From Kiritimatiella glycovorans (GTDB taxonomy: Bacteria > Verrucomicrobiota > Kiritimatiellia > Kiritimatiellales > Kiritimatiellaceae): 32,000 nt of DNA. Both the position numbers and the translations under genes were made by a program. Of the stretch, positions 1 to 8,880 are shown one piece after another. Where the stretch lies: NCBI RefSeq assembly GCF_001017655.1, contig NZ_CP010904.1, positions 690,001-722,000 of the forward strand, read 5' to 3'. Within the stretch, counting starts at the first letter, position 1. The number at the start of each line of letters is the position of its first letter. The notes beneath the pieces are model-generated. The model made no database searches. It was not told the origin of the DNA and worked only from the letters and a program-made list of their open reading frames with translations.

Positions 1-76
1 GAGCGCCGGAGGCGCGATCCCATCCATCGATTCAAGGAATTCGAGTACGAGTACCGCTTTGCTGAGTACGAGCACG
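1..76 (+). repeat. Intergenic repeat family A, copy 1 (cut by window edge)
   Basis: GAGCGCCGGAGGCGCGATCC (GCGCC/GGCGC hairpin) followed by TTCAAGGAATTCGAGTACGAGTACCGCTTTGCTGAGTACGAG. Close copies lie at 3127-3185 (+), 9001-9080 (-) and 14897-14985 (-). Confidence 0.8.
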
Positions 77-169
77 GGGATGATTACGCCGGCGAGTAAT
101 CCGGGCTAGACCCGGCGGTCGGGTCTCTGCCATACTTCGCCCCCACTTTATTCACGGAGGGAACGCATC

Positions 170-1825
170 ATGGAATCACTGAAAAAACATCCCCGTTTCG
201 CGGGGGTTGAAGGTCCGGTCGTGCTGGTCGTCATGGACGGTATCGGCATCGGCAGACAGGACGAAGGCAATCTCGTCCACCGGGCGAAGACGCCGAATAT
301 CGACTGGTTGGCCGAACACGCCATCGCTTCGCAGCTCAAAGCGCACGGCACGGCCGTGGGGCTGCCCACCGACGGCGATATGGGCAACAGCGAGGTGGGC
401 CATAATGCCATCGGGGCGGGACGTATCTTCAACCAGGGCGCGGCGCGGATCAATACGGCCATCGAGGACGGCGTGCTCTGGGACGGAGAGGTCTGGCGGG
501 AGCTGACCGGCAACGTCAAGGAGCGGAAGTCGACGCTGCACTTCATCGGCCTCTTCTCCGACGGCAACGTGCACAGCCATCTCGATCACCTGCGCGCCAT
601 GCTCCGCCGCGCGAAAGACGAAGGCGTCGGAACCGTCAGGATCCACGCGCTCCTCGACGGGCGCGACGTGCCCCCGACGTCCGCGCTGGAGTATATCGAT
701 GACTTCGAGGGATTTCTCGCAGATCTCAATGCGGAACACGGGGTGGATTACGCCATCGCCTCCGGCGGTGGCCGGATGAACATCACCATGGACCGCTACG
801 AGGCCGACTGGGACATGGTCGCCCGCGGCTGGAAGATCCACGTGCGCGGCGAGGGACGCGCCTTCTCCAGCGCGCGCGAGGCGGTCGAAACCTTCCGCGG
901 AGAGAAGCCCGGCATCCTCGACCAGGACCTGCCCGGGTTTGTGATCGAACGCGACGGCGCCCCGGTCGGTCCGGTGCGCGACGGCGACAGCGTGATTCTT
1001 TTCAATTACCGGGGCGACCGGGCCATCGAACTGAGCCGGGCGTTCGACGAGGACCCGTTTGACAAGTTCGACCGCGGTCCGCGGCCCGACGTGAAATTCG
1101 CCGGGATGATGCAGTACGACGGTGATCTCGAGATCCCGAAAAAGTTTCTCGTCCCGCCGCCGCATATCGACCGCACCATCGGCGAGTATCTCTCGAAGAC
1201 CGGGGTGAAGCAGCTCGCGCTCAGCGAGACCCAGAAATTCGGTCACGTGACCTATTTCTTCAACGGCAACCGCTCCGGAAAATTCAATCCGGACTACGAG
1301 GACTACGTCGAAATCCCGTCCGACCGCTGTCCCTTCGAAGACAAGCCGGAGATGAAGGCGAAGGAGCTTACCGACAAGACGGTCGAGGCGATCGAAAGCG
1401 GCCGGTACCGCTTCATCCGGCTGAACTACCCGAACGGAGACATGGTCGGCCATACCGGCGTATTCGAGGCCGTCATCAGGGGGATCGAGGCCGTGGACGA
1501 GGGCGTGGGGCGGATTATGGAGGCGGTGAAGAAGACGAACGGAGCACTGATCGCCTCCGCCGACCACGGGAACTCGGACGATATGGCCGCACGCGATAAG
1601 AAGACCGGGGAAATCCTGCGCGACGAACACGGCCGGCCCAGACCGAAGACCGCCCACTCGCTCAATCCGGTTCCGGTCTACGTCTACGACCCCTCAGGGC
1701 AGTCGAACGCCCGGCTCTCCGGCCACCCGGATCTGGGCATCAGCAGCCTGGCCGCCACCAGCCTCGTGCTGATGGGCTACGAGCCGCCCGAGGACTATAC
1801 CCCGAGCGTGGTCGAGGTGGGGTGA
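170..1825 (+). CDS. gpmI: 2,3-bisphosphoglycerate-independent phosphoglycerate mutase
   Basis: 551-aa ORF. ATG 170 is preceded by GGAGGG at 154-159. Motifs VVLVVMDGIGIG, GNSEVGHNAIGAGR, NYPNGDMVGHTG and ADHGN are typical of cofactor-independent PGM. Confidence 0.95.
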   Translation: MESLKKHPRFAGVEGPVVLVVMDGIGIGRQDEGNLVHRAKTPNIDWLAEHAIASQLKAHGTAVGLPTDGDMGNSEVGHNAIGAGRIFNQGAARINTAIEDGVLWDGEVWRELTGNVKERKSTLHFIGLFSDGNVHSHLDHLRAMLRRAKDEGVGTVRIHALLDGRDVPPTSALEYIDDFEGFLADLNAEHGVDYAIASGGGRMNITMDRYEADWDMVARGWKIHVRGEGRAFSSAREAVETFRGEKPGILDQDLPGFVIERDGAPVGPVRDGDSVILFNYRGDRAIELSRAFDEDPFDKFDRGPRPDVKFAGMMQYDGDLEIPKKFLVPPPHIDRTIGEYLSKTGVKQLALSETQKFGHVTYFFNGNRSGKFNPDYEDYVEIPSDRCPFEDKPEMKAKELTDKTVEAIESGRYRFIRLNYPNGDMVGHTGVFEAVIRGIEAVDEGVGRIMEAVKKTNGALIASADHGNSDDMAARDKKTGEILRDEHGRPRPKTAHSLNPVPVYVYDPSGQSNARLSGHPDLGISSLAATSLVLMGYEPPEDYTPSVVEVG

Positions 1826-1859
1826 GCGAAGGCGAGGGGATGAAGAGGACCGATCCTCG

Positions 1860-2693
1860 TTACCCCTTCAGCGCCTTCGCGGGTTTGCTGACCTTCGGCC
1901 GTTCGGAGGGGAGCAGCTGACCGCCCATGGCCGAGACTCCGCCGTCGACGTGAATCGTCTGGCCGGTGATCTTCTTTGAATACTCGCCGAGCAGAAAGAC
2001 GACCGACTGCGCCACGTTCTCCTTGTCCTTGACGGGATCCCAGGGCAGGGGGCTCATCTTCTTCCAAGTGCGCGAGAGATGGGCGAAATGCGGGATCGAC
2101 TTGGCCGCCTTCGTGGTCAGCGGGCCGGCCGAGACGGCGTTGACGCGTACGTGTTCTTTGCCGTACTCGCGGGCCAGCGCCCGCACGGCGGCCTCGAGCG
2201 CGGCCTTATTGACGCCCATCCAGTTGTAGTAGGGGAAGGCGACCTGCGATTCGAAGGTGAGCGCAACGACCGATCCGCCGCGTGTCATGCGCTCCTGCGC
2301 GAAATGGGTCACCGGCGCCAGCGAGACGCAGCTGATGTGGAAGGCCTGCTTGAGATCCTCCCAGGAGTTCGTATAGAAGTGGTCGCCGAGGCACGTCTTG
2401 GGATTGGCGAACGCAATCGAATGGAGTACGCCGTCGATCGGCCCCGTCTTGTCGAAGAGGTTGCGGATCTCGTTCTCGACGGTCACATCGCAGTACTCGA
2501 TGCGCATCGCGTCCTTGTCCCGCTGCGAGAGACCGCTCGACCCGCGGTCGAAAAAGATCTTCCGCATCCGCTCGTTCTGGACCGTGTAGATCACTTCGCC
2601 GCCGAACTGCTCGATGGCGCGTCCCGCCGCATACGCGATCGAATCCGCATTGAGCAGTCCCATCACCACATACCGTCCGCCTTTGCGTATCAT
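1860..2693 (-). CDS. fabI: Enoyl-[acyl-carrier-protein] reductase (NADH), FabI type
   Basis: SDR fold with the FabI Y-x6-K motif (YYNWMGVNKAALEA) and SAGPLTTKAA. I prefer the internal ATG at 2693 (MIRKGGRYVV) because GGAG sits 6-9 nt upstream. The 311-aa track ORF (to 2795) adds an Arg-rich N-extension that looks non-coding. Confidence 0.85.
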   Translation of the reverse strand: MIRKGGRYVVMGLLNADSIAYAAGRAIEQFGGEVIYTVQNERMRKIFFDRGSSGLSQRDKDAMRIEYCDVTVENEIRNLFDKTGPIDGVLHSIAFANPKTCLGDHFYTNSWEDLKQAFHISCVSLAPVTHFAQERMTRGGSVVALTFESQVAFPYYNWMGVNKAALEAAVRALAREYGKEHVRVNAVSAGPLTTKAAKSIPHFAHLSRTWKKMSPLPWDPVKDKENVAQSVVFLLGEYSKKITGQTIHVDGGVSAMGGQLLPSERPKVSKPAKALKG

Positions 2694-2895
2694 TTCCACT
2701 CCTTCGCATTCCTGTCCGTTGCGTTGCTCTCGCGTGTTCCGACTCAACCTAACCGGAGAGGTTCCCCGGGTCGAGTCCATCCGTGTCATCGGCAATTCGT
2801 GGTCGAAAACACAAGAAAGTTCTCTCGCAAAGGCGCCGGGACCGCAAAGATAAATGAGAAGAGCACAGGCAAAGAGATCGTGCGCGCTCTCTTGC

Positions 2896-3123
2896 GTTCG
2901 TAGTAGGCCCGCAGGCCCGCGCAGCGGAAAAAGTTCGTAGTAGGCCCGCAGGCCTGCGAAGCAGGGCCAGGGCCGTTATCTTCACGCGCCTGGCCTGCCG
3001 GGGGCAGGCGTGCGACGCTACTACGAACGGATAACGCGCCTTGGCCCTTCGGGCGCGTGCGGCGCTACTACGAACGGTATCACGCGCCTTGGCCCTTCGG
3101 GTGCGTGCGGCGCTACTACGAAC
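2896..3123. repeat. REP/BIME-like cluster of GTAG-headed palindromic units in both orientations
   Basis: GTTCGTAGTAGGCCCGCAGGCC occurs at 2896-2917 and 2933-2954. The inverse core CTACTACGAAC occurs at 3018-3028, 3065-3075 and 3113-3123, each preceded by a GC hairpin (ACGCGCC-TTGGCCCTTCG-GGCGCGT). The last three form a 47-48 bp tandem. Confidence 0.75.
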
Positions 3124-3126
3124 AGG

Positions 3127-3185
3127 TCCATCCCCTGGTTCAAGGAATTCGAGTACGAGTACCGCTTCGCTGAGTACGAGTACGA
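3127..3185 (+). repeat. Intergenic repeat family A, copy 2
   Basis: TCCATCCCCTGGTTCAAGGAATTCGAGTACGAGTACCGCTTCGCTGAGTACGAGTACGA, nearly identical to 21-76. Confidence 0.8.
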
Positions 3186-3186
3186 T

Positions 3187-3218
3187 ATTCCCCCGGGGGT
3201 CCCCATGTGGAACTCAGG
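3187..3218 (+). repeat. 33-bp module D (ATTCCCCCGGGGGTCCCCATGTGGAACTCAGG)
   Basis: An inverted copy with about 2 mismatches lies at 5434-5466. It contains the CCCCCGGGGG palindrome. Confidence 0.7.
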
Positions 3219-3324
3219 AGTCCATCCGTGCCGTGCGTCTATTTCTGATCTTTGTCTTTCAACCGCGCGGTCTTTGTCGGAAAATGCCGTCGTCGGTGAC
3301 GGCATCAACCGAAGGAGGTCGATT

Positions 3325-3612
3325 ATGGGAGAGGAGATCAAAAGCGCCTACGAACTGGCGCTCGAACGCCTCGGCGGAGAGAAGTCCAGTCTCTCGGCGG
3401 GACAGAAGCAGGCGCTGGCGGAGGTCGATACGAAGACCGGGGCCCGCGTCGCGGAGCAGAGCATCCTCTACGACCAGCGGATACAGGATGCGCGTGCGAC
3501 CGGAGACCACGCCGCCGTCCAGGAACTCGAAGGGGCGAAAACCGCTGAAATCAACCGCCTCCGAGAAGAGGCCGAGGAAGAGAAGAACCGGATCCGCGGG
3601 GAGAAGGTATGA
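3325..3612 (+). CDS. Hypothetical small charged, probably helical protein (95 aa), translationally coupled to nadB
   Basis: ATG 3325 is preceded by GAAGGAGG at 3311-3318. Third codon positions are GC-rich, as in neighbouring genes. The stop TGA overlaps the nadB ATG (ATGA at 3609-3612). The upstream part of the track ORF (3010-3324) runs through repeats and is not coding. Confidence 0.65.
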   Translation: MGEEIKSAYELALERLGGEKSSLSAGQKQALAEVDTKTGARVAEQSILYDQRIQDARATGDHAAVQELEGAKTAEINRLREEAEEEKNRIRGEKV

Positions 3613-5273
3613 CCCCGCAGTCCCCCGGACGCCCGCCCCCCGCCGCGATGAAGACGCTCGATTGCGACTTTCTCGTGATCGGTTCCGGTTCCGCGGGTCT
3701 GCTGGCCGCGATTCATCTCAGCCGGCACGGCCGCGTGTTCGTCGTCTCCAAGCGCGCCCGCACCGAAAGCAATACGAACTACGCCCAGGGCGGGATCGCC
3801 TGCGTGGTCGATAAAGACGATTCGATCGGCCAGCACCTCCAGGACACCCTGCGCACCGGTTGCGGTTTGAGCGAGGAGTCCGTGGCCCGCGAAATCCTGG
3901 AGGCGGGACCGGACCGCATCCGCGAGCTGGAGCAGCTCGGACTCCGGTTTGCAACCCGCAAGGGACGCCATCCCGACGAGTACGACCTGGGGCAGGAGGG
4001 CGGACACTCGCGTCGCCGGGTCCTCCATGTGGGGGACATCACCGGCGGAGAACTGATCCGCGTCCTTCTCGGCCGGGTCAACGAAGAGCCGGACATCAAG
4101 GTCATCGAAAACTGGACCGCCATCGACCTGGTCACCACCGGATGGCTGGGACAGGACGGGCCGAACCGGTGCGTGGGAGCCTATTTCTTCAGCAGCGACA
4201 CGGGCGAGGTGCTCGCCGTCCGGGCGGGCGCCACGCTGCTGGCGACCGGCGGCGTGGGCAAGACCTATCTCTATACGAGCAATCCCGATGTGGCCACCGG
4301 CGACGGGCTTGCCATGGCCTGGCGCGCGGGGCTCCCCGTGCGGGATATGGAGTTCATCCAGTTTCACCCGACCTGCCTCTACCACCCGCACGCCAAGTCC
4401 TTCCTGATCAGCGAAGCGGTCCGCGGCGAGGGAGCGGAACTGATCGACGCCGCCGGACGGCCGTTCATGCATAAGTTCACCGGGCAGGGGTCCCTGGCGC
4501 CGCGCGACGTGACGGCGCGCGCGATCGACCACATCATGAAAAGCCGCGGCGACCCCTGCGTCTACCTCGACATTACGCACAAGTCGGAGGAGTTTCTCCG
4601 CGGCCGCTTCCCCAACCTCTACGAGACCTGCCTCCGGTTCGGTGTCGACATGGCGCGCCAGCCCATCCCGGTCGTGCCCGCCGCCCACTACTCCTGCGGA
4701 GGGGTCATCGCCGGCACCGACGGGACGACCGAAATGAAGGGGCTCTTCGCCTGCGGCGAAGTGGCCAGCACCGGTCTGCACGGCGCCAACCGCCTCGCAA
4801 GCAATTCGCTGCTCGAAGCGCTGGTCTGCGCCGGCCGAGCGGCGGAGCGCATGGCGGACTATGCCGCGGACGAGGACGGAACGATCGAGGACCGGATCCC
4901 GTCCTGGAAATACGGCGACGCCGTCCACAGCGACGAGGCGGTCGTCGTCGAACACAACTGGAACGAGGTGCGTTCGGTGATGTGGGATTACGTGGGCATC
5001 GTACGCTCCGACCGCCGCCTCGCGCGCGCCCGCAAGCGGATCACGACGATCCGCGAAGAGGTGCGCAACTACTACTGCGCCTACCTCATCACGCGCGACC
5101 TTCTCGAACTGCGCAGCGTCGCCGCCGTGGCCGAACTGATCGTCCGCTCCGCACAGCGGCGGCGGGAGAGCCGGGGACTGCACTACACCAAGGATTATCC
5201 GGAGCCCTCCCGCAAAACACCGGAGCATACGATCATCCGGAACACTCCCGGCGGCCCGCTGAAGACGGATTAG
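3609..5273 (+). CDS. nadB: L-aspartate oxidase
   Basis: FAD motif DFLVIGSGSAGL, plus HPT, SEAVRGEGA, HYSCGGV and GEVASTGLHGANRLASNSLLE. An alternative start is ATG 3648 (MKTLDCDF). Confidence 0.93.
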   Translation: MTPQSPGRPPPAAMKTLDCDFLVIGSGSAGLLAAIHLSRHGRVFVVSKRARTESNTNYAQGGIACVVDKDDSIGQHLQDTLRTGCGLSEESVAREILEAGPDRIRELEQLGLRFATRKGRHPDEYDLGQEGGHSRRRVLHVGDITGGELIRVLLGRVNEEPDIKVIENWTAIDLVTTGWLGQDGPNRCVGAYFFSSDTGEVLAVRAGATLLATGGVGKTYLYTSNPDVATGDGLAMAWRAGLPVRDMEFIQFHPTCLYHPHAKSFLISEAVRGEGAELIDAAGRPFMHKFTGQGSLAPRDVTARAIDHIMKSRGDPCVYLDITHKSEEFLRGRFPNLYETCLRFGVDMARQPIPVVPAAHYSCGGVIAGTDGTTEMKGLFACGEVASTGLHGANRLASNSLLEALVCAGRAAERMADYAADEDGTIEDRIPSWKYGDAVHSDEAVVVEHNWNEVRSVMWDYVGIVRSDRRLARARKRITTIREEVRNYYCAYLITRDLLELRSVAAVAELIVRSAQRRRESRGLHYTKDYPEPSRKTPEHTIIRNTPGGPLKTD

Positions 5274-5296
5274 AAGGCGGGGCAAGAAGGTGGGGG

Positions 5297-5433
5297 CAGA
5301 GTCAGGGTCAGAGTTAGAGTCAGAATCAGAGTCAGAGTTAGAGTCAGAATCAGAATCAGAGTAAGAGTGGGAGGTGAGTGAGAAACCTGAAACCTGAGTA
5401 AGATCTCAGAGTCAGAGGGAGTGGGAAGCCTGA
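5297..5433 (+). repeat. Repeat family B copy (purine-rich hexamer array plus core), sense to nadB
   Basis: (GAGTCA/GAATCA/GAGTTA) x about 11, then GAGTAAGAGTGGGAGGTGAGTGAGAAACCTGAAACCTGAGTAAGA and GAGTCAGAGGGAGTGGGAAGCCTGA. It starts about 24 nt after the nadB stop. Confidence 0.8.
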
Positions 5434-5466
5434 CCTGAGTTCCACATGGGGGCCCCCGGGGGAATT
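5434..5466 (-). repeat. Module D, inverted copy
   Basis: The reverse complement reads GAATTCCCCCGGGGGCCCCCATGTGGAACTCAGG. It sits at the centre of the nadB/polA convergent spacer. Confidence 0.7.
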
Positions 5467-5512
5467 CAGCCTTCAGCCTTCAGGTTTCAGGTTTCCCACT
5501 CCTCATTCTCTC
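5467..5512 (-). repeat. Repeat family B copy, sense to polA
   Basis: The reverse complement reads GGAGAGAATGAGGAGTGGGAAACCTGAAACCTGAAGGCTGAAGGCTG. It begins about 10 nt after the polA stop. Confidence 0.7.
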
Positions 5513-5521
5513 CGCCCGATC

Positions 5522-8293
5522 TCAATGTGCCTCGAGCCAGTTCGCTCCTGTGCCGGAGTCGACGACGACGGGCACGGAGAGCGGCAGGGCCTCGCGCATG
5601 ATTTTCTCGATCCGGGGGACCAGCTCGGTCTGTTCCTCGAGGTGGAGGTCGAAGACGAGTTCATCGTGGACCTGCAGGAGCATCCGTGAGCGCAGACCTT
5701 CGCGGTCGATCAGGTCCCGGACGCGGATCATGGCCAGCTTGATCATATCGGCCGCCGTCCCCTGTATGGGGGCGTTGATGGCGTTGCGTTCCGCGGCGCC
5801 GCGGACGGTCGCGTTGCGGACGTGGATGTCGCGGATATGCCGGCGGCGGCCCGTCTTTGTCTCCACGTAACCGGTCTCGCGTGCGGCGGCGACCGTGCGC
5901 TCCATGTATTCGCGCACGCCGGGGTATTGCGTGAAATACTGCTCGATGATTTCCGCGCCCTCCTCGCGGGGGATGACGAGTCGCTGCGCGAGGCCGAACG
6001 CCGAGATACCGTAGATGAGGCCGAAATTAACCGTCTTGGCGCGCCGGCGCAGCTCGCGGTCGACGGACGGGGGCTCGACCCCGTAGATCCGGGATGCCGT
6101 GGCAGCATGGATGTCCTCGCCCCGCTCGAAGGCCTCCCGCATCCCCGTATCGCCGCTCAGGTCGGCCATGATGCGCAGCTCCACCTGCGAGTAGTCGCAG
6201 GCCAGCAGGGTGAACTCCTCCGAACGCGGGACGAAGGCGCGGCGGATCTCCTGTCCCTCCTCGCGCCGGATGGGAATGTTCTGAAGGTTGGGTGTGTGGC
6301 ATGCCAGCCGCCCGGTCGCGGTGTTGGTCTGGGCGAAATGGGTGTGGACCCGCCCGGTGGAAGACACGACGTACCGGGGCAGGGCGTCGACATAGGTGCC
6401 CTTCAGCTTCATCAGCCGACGGTGTTCGAGGAGTCGCGCCGCGATTTCGTGTTCCGTCGCCAGGGACTCCAGCACGGCTTCGTGGGTCGCGTACTGTCCG
6501 GTGCGGGTCTTTTTCGGTTTGGCCTTTAGTTTCAGATGGTCGAACAGGACTTCGCCGAGCTGTTTGGGGGAGTTGAGGTTGAACTCCATCCCCGCCTCCC
6601 GGTAAATGATCCGTTCCAGTTCCCGAAGCTGTTCTTCGAGCCGGGCGGCGAAGCGTTCCAGCGCCGCGGTATCGAGCGCAATCCCCTCGCACTCCATTTC
6701 GGCGAGCACGGGCACGAGCGGGCTTTCGATCTCGTAGAACACGCGCCGCTGTCCGGCCTCCTCCAGCATGGGTTCAAGTCGGCGCCAGAGCTGCAGCGTG
6801 ATGTCGGCGTCCTCGGCGGCATACTCCCGCAGACGGTCCGCGGGGACGTCGCGCAGCGTCTTCTGTTCGCGGCCCTTTTCCCCGATCAGTTCGCGGATCG
6901 GGATCGGGCGGTAATGAAGCAGCGTCTCGGCGACGTGGTCCATGCCGTGCCGCTGGTCGGGATCGATCAGGTAATGCGCGATCATCGTATCGTAGCAGGG
7001 ACCGCGAACCCGGATCCCCTGCCAGCGCAGGACACAGAGATCGAATTTCAGGTTATGGCCGATCTTGATCAGACCGTCGTCTTCCAGCACCGGCCTCAGA
7101 AGATCCAGCACCGTTTCGAGGCTGGACGCATCCACCGGGACAAACCACGCCTCGTGCGGTTCGACCGCGAAAGAGAGGCCGATCAGCTCCGCCGTCTCCG
7201 GATGCAGCGAGGTGGTCTCGGTATCGAGACAGAACGCTCCACTCGCCTTGAGCGTACGGCGGAGCGCCTTGAGGTCCTCCTCCGTCGATACGGCATGATA
7301 GTCGTGCGGGGTGTCTGCGATGGTGCTCACATCCCGGGGTTCCCCGGCGGTCTCCTCCATGGCGAACAGCTCTGTCTGCGCCGCTTCACCGGTCTCGGCG
7401 GCGACCGGTTTCGGCGCCGGTTCCTCGCCGAAAAGCCGACGAGCGACGGATTTCAGCTCGTACTTCCGCAGGAGGGTCCGGAGTTTCGCGGCGTCGGGGT
7501 CCCGCCGCCGGAAGTCCTCGAGCCGCACCTGCAGCGGTACGTCGCAGCGGATGGTCACGAGCTGCTTGCAGAGCCGGGCCCTGTCGCGGTTCTCCTCGAT
7601 CTTTTCGCGCTGTTTGCCCTTCAGCTCGTCGGTATGCGCCAGGAGGTTTTCGACCGAGCCGAACTGCCGGATGAGTTTCCCGGCCGTCTTTTCTCCGATC
7701 CCCGGCACGCCCGGGATGTTGTCGGAGGTGTCCCCGGCGAGGCCGAGGATGTCCGCGACCTGTCCGGGGTTTTCGATGCCCCATTGTTCGCGGACGTCGG
7801 ACGCGCCGAGGATTTCGGGCGGACCGCCCTTGCGGCCCGGGCGGTAGAGGTGGACGTGGTCGTTCACCAGCTGTGCGAAATCCTTGTCGGCGGTGACCAT
7901 GTAGGACTCGTAGCCCTCTTCCGGCGCATGGCGTGCGAGCGTGCCGATCACATCGTCGGCCTCCACCCCTTCCTCCATGAGCACCGGTATGTGGAACGCG
8001 TCGAGCATCTCGCGGATAATGGGCACGGACTCGACAATGCCCTCGGGCGTCTCCTCCCGCTGAGCTTTGTACTCGGGAAAGACCTCGTGGCGGAAGGTGG
8101 GTCCCCCGGCATCGATCGCCACCGCGATGTGCGTCGGCTCCTGATTTTCCTGGATTTCGACCAGGGCGTTCAGGAAGCCGAACACGGCCGACGTGTTCAC
8201 CCCGTCGGAGGTGATCAGCGGATTGCGCAGGAAGACGAAATAGGCCCGGTAGATCAGCCCCATGCCGTCGATCAGAAAAAGTTTCTTGTCCAT
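5522..8293 (-). CDS. polA: DNA polymerase I
   Basis: 923 aa with a 5'-nuclease N-terminus (LFLIDGMGLIYRAYF), a 3'-5' exonuclease domain (FCLDTETTSL) and polymerase motifs (DYSQVELRI, RRAAKTVNFGLIYG, QVHDELVF). Confidence 0.97.
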   Translation of the reverse strand: MDKKLFLIDGMGLIYRAYFVFLRNPLITSDGVNTSAVFGFLNALVEIQENQEPTHIAVAIDAGGPTFRHEVFPEYKAQREETPEGIVESVPIIREMLDAFHIPVLMEEGVEADDVIGTLARHAPEEGYESYMVTADKDFAQLVNDHVHLYRPGRKGGPPEILGASDVREQWGIENPGQVADILGLAGDTSDNIPGVPGIGEKTAGKLIRQFGSVENLLAHTDELKGKQREKIEENRDRARLCKQLVTIRCDVPLQVRLEDFRRRDPDAAKLRTLLRKYELKSVARRLFGEEPAPKPVAAETGEAAQTELFAMEETAGEPRDVSTIADTPHDYHAVSTEEDLKALRRTLKASGAFCLDTETTSLHPETAELIGLSFAVEPHEAWFVPVDASSLETVLDLLRPVLEDDGLIKIGHNLKFDLCVLRWQGIRVRGPCYDTMIAHYLIDPDQRHGMDHVAETLLHYRPIPIRELIGEKGREQKTLRDVPADRLREYAAEDADITLQLWRRLEPMLEEAGQRRVFYEIESPLVPVLAEMECEGIALDTAALERFAARLEEQLRELERIIYREAGMEFNLNSPKQLGEVLFDHLKLKAKPKKTRTGQYATHEAVLESLATEHEIAARLLEHRRLMKLKGTYVDALPRYVVSSTGRVHTHFAQTNTATGRLACHTPNLQNIPIRREEGQEIRRAFVPRSEEFTLLACDYSQVELRIMADLSGDTGMREAFERGEDIHAATASRIYGVEPPSVDRELRRRAKTVNFGLIYGISAFGLAQRLVIPREEGAEIIEQYFTQYPGVREYMERTVAAARETGYVETKTGRRRHIRDIHVRNATVRGAAERNAINAPIQGTAADMIKLAMIRVRDLIDREGLRSRMLLQVHDELVFDLHLEEQTELVPRIEKIMREALPLSVPVVVDSGTGANWLEAH

Positions 8294-8334
8294 CCCGATT
8301 TATCTCCCGCGTTGGCGATGCTATATCCTACGGC

Positions 8335-8880
8335 ATGAAGACCGCCGAACAAAGTCAATCTCCCGGCCCCCGCGGCCGTAATGTGGTGCTGATCGGGATG
8401 CCCGGCTCGGGCAAGAGTACCGTCGGGGTGCTGCTCGCACGCCGCAGCGGACGGGGATTCATCGACACCGATCTGCGCATCCAGCAGGCGGAGGGCATGA
8501 AACTGCAGCAGGTGCTGGAGCGGCGCGGGCTCGACGGCTTCCGCAGGCTGGAAGAGGAGACCCTACGGGCGCTGCGTGCGGAACGATGCGTCATCGCCAC
8601 CGGCGGAAGCGCGGTCTACAGCGACGCCGCGATGACGCACCTGCGCTCGCTCGGCCCGGTGGTCTGGCTGGACTGCGGCGTGGACACGCTGCGGCGGCGG
8701 ATCGGGGAGGGCGGTCAGCGCGGCATGGTGCGTCGCCCCGGTCTCTCCCTTGAACAGCTCGCTCGCGAACGCCGCCCGCTCTACGAGCGCTGGGCCGACC
8801 TGCACATCGATGCCTCCGCCGGCTCCGCCGAGGAAGTGGCGGGGGAGATTCAGAAACTGAGCGGGAAGGCTGAGACCTGA
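8335..8880 (+). CDS. aroK: Shikimate kinase
   Basis: Walker A LIGMPGSGKSTVG followed by GFIDTD and ATGGSAV. 181 aa. Confidence 0.88.
   Translation: MKTAEQSQSPGPRGRNVVLIGMPGSGKSTVGVLLARRSGRGFIDTDLRIQQAEGMKLQQVLERRGLDGFRRLEEETLRALRAERCVIATGGSAVYSDAAMTHLRSLGPVVWLDCGVDTLRRRIGEGGQRGMVRRPGLSLEQLARERRPLYERWADLHIDASAGSAEEVAGEIQKLSGKAET

Noticed and set aside
36-60. Resemblance of GGAATTCGAGTACGAGTACC (and the nearby CCCGGG/GAATTC sites in module D) to a pUC-type polylinker, suggesting vector contamination.
   Set aside because: The match is only partial. The motif occurs in four diverged genomic copies embedded in longer conserved elements, and the flanking sequence is native high-GC chromosome.
108-126. 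Hairpin AGACCCG-GCGGT-CGGGTCT upstream of gpmI, and other small hairpins (1836-1855, 13432-13447), as intrinsic terminators.
   Set aside because: The stems are short and none is followed by a U-tract. I cannot distinguish them from chance GC palindromes without folding energies.
176-1657. Long antisense or out-of-frame ORFs opposite real genes. Examples are 176-1657 (-), 3468-5285 (-), 6536-8338 (+), 9161-10864 (-), 13539-14741 (+), 16589-17833 (-), 20529-21731 (+), 21659-22765 (+), 24931-26481 (-) and 30954-31952 (-).
   Set aside because: They are Arg/Pro/Gly/Ala-rich low-complexity translations with no motifs and no SD-led starts. Each is fully overlapped by a gene with clear family signatures. 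This is the typical stop-codon depletion of GC-rich DNA.
3010-3324. N-terminal 105 aa of the 200-aa track ORF, and the peptide FKEFEYEYRFAEYEY encoded by family A.
   Set aside because: The region is made of REP-like and family A repeats. The same repeat occurs in both orientations and outside any ORF elsewhere. A strong SD and ATG at 3325 define the real small gene.
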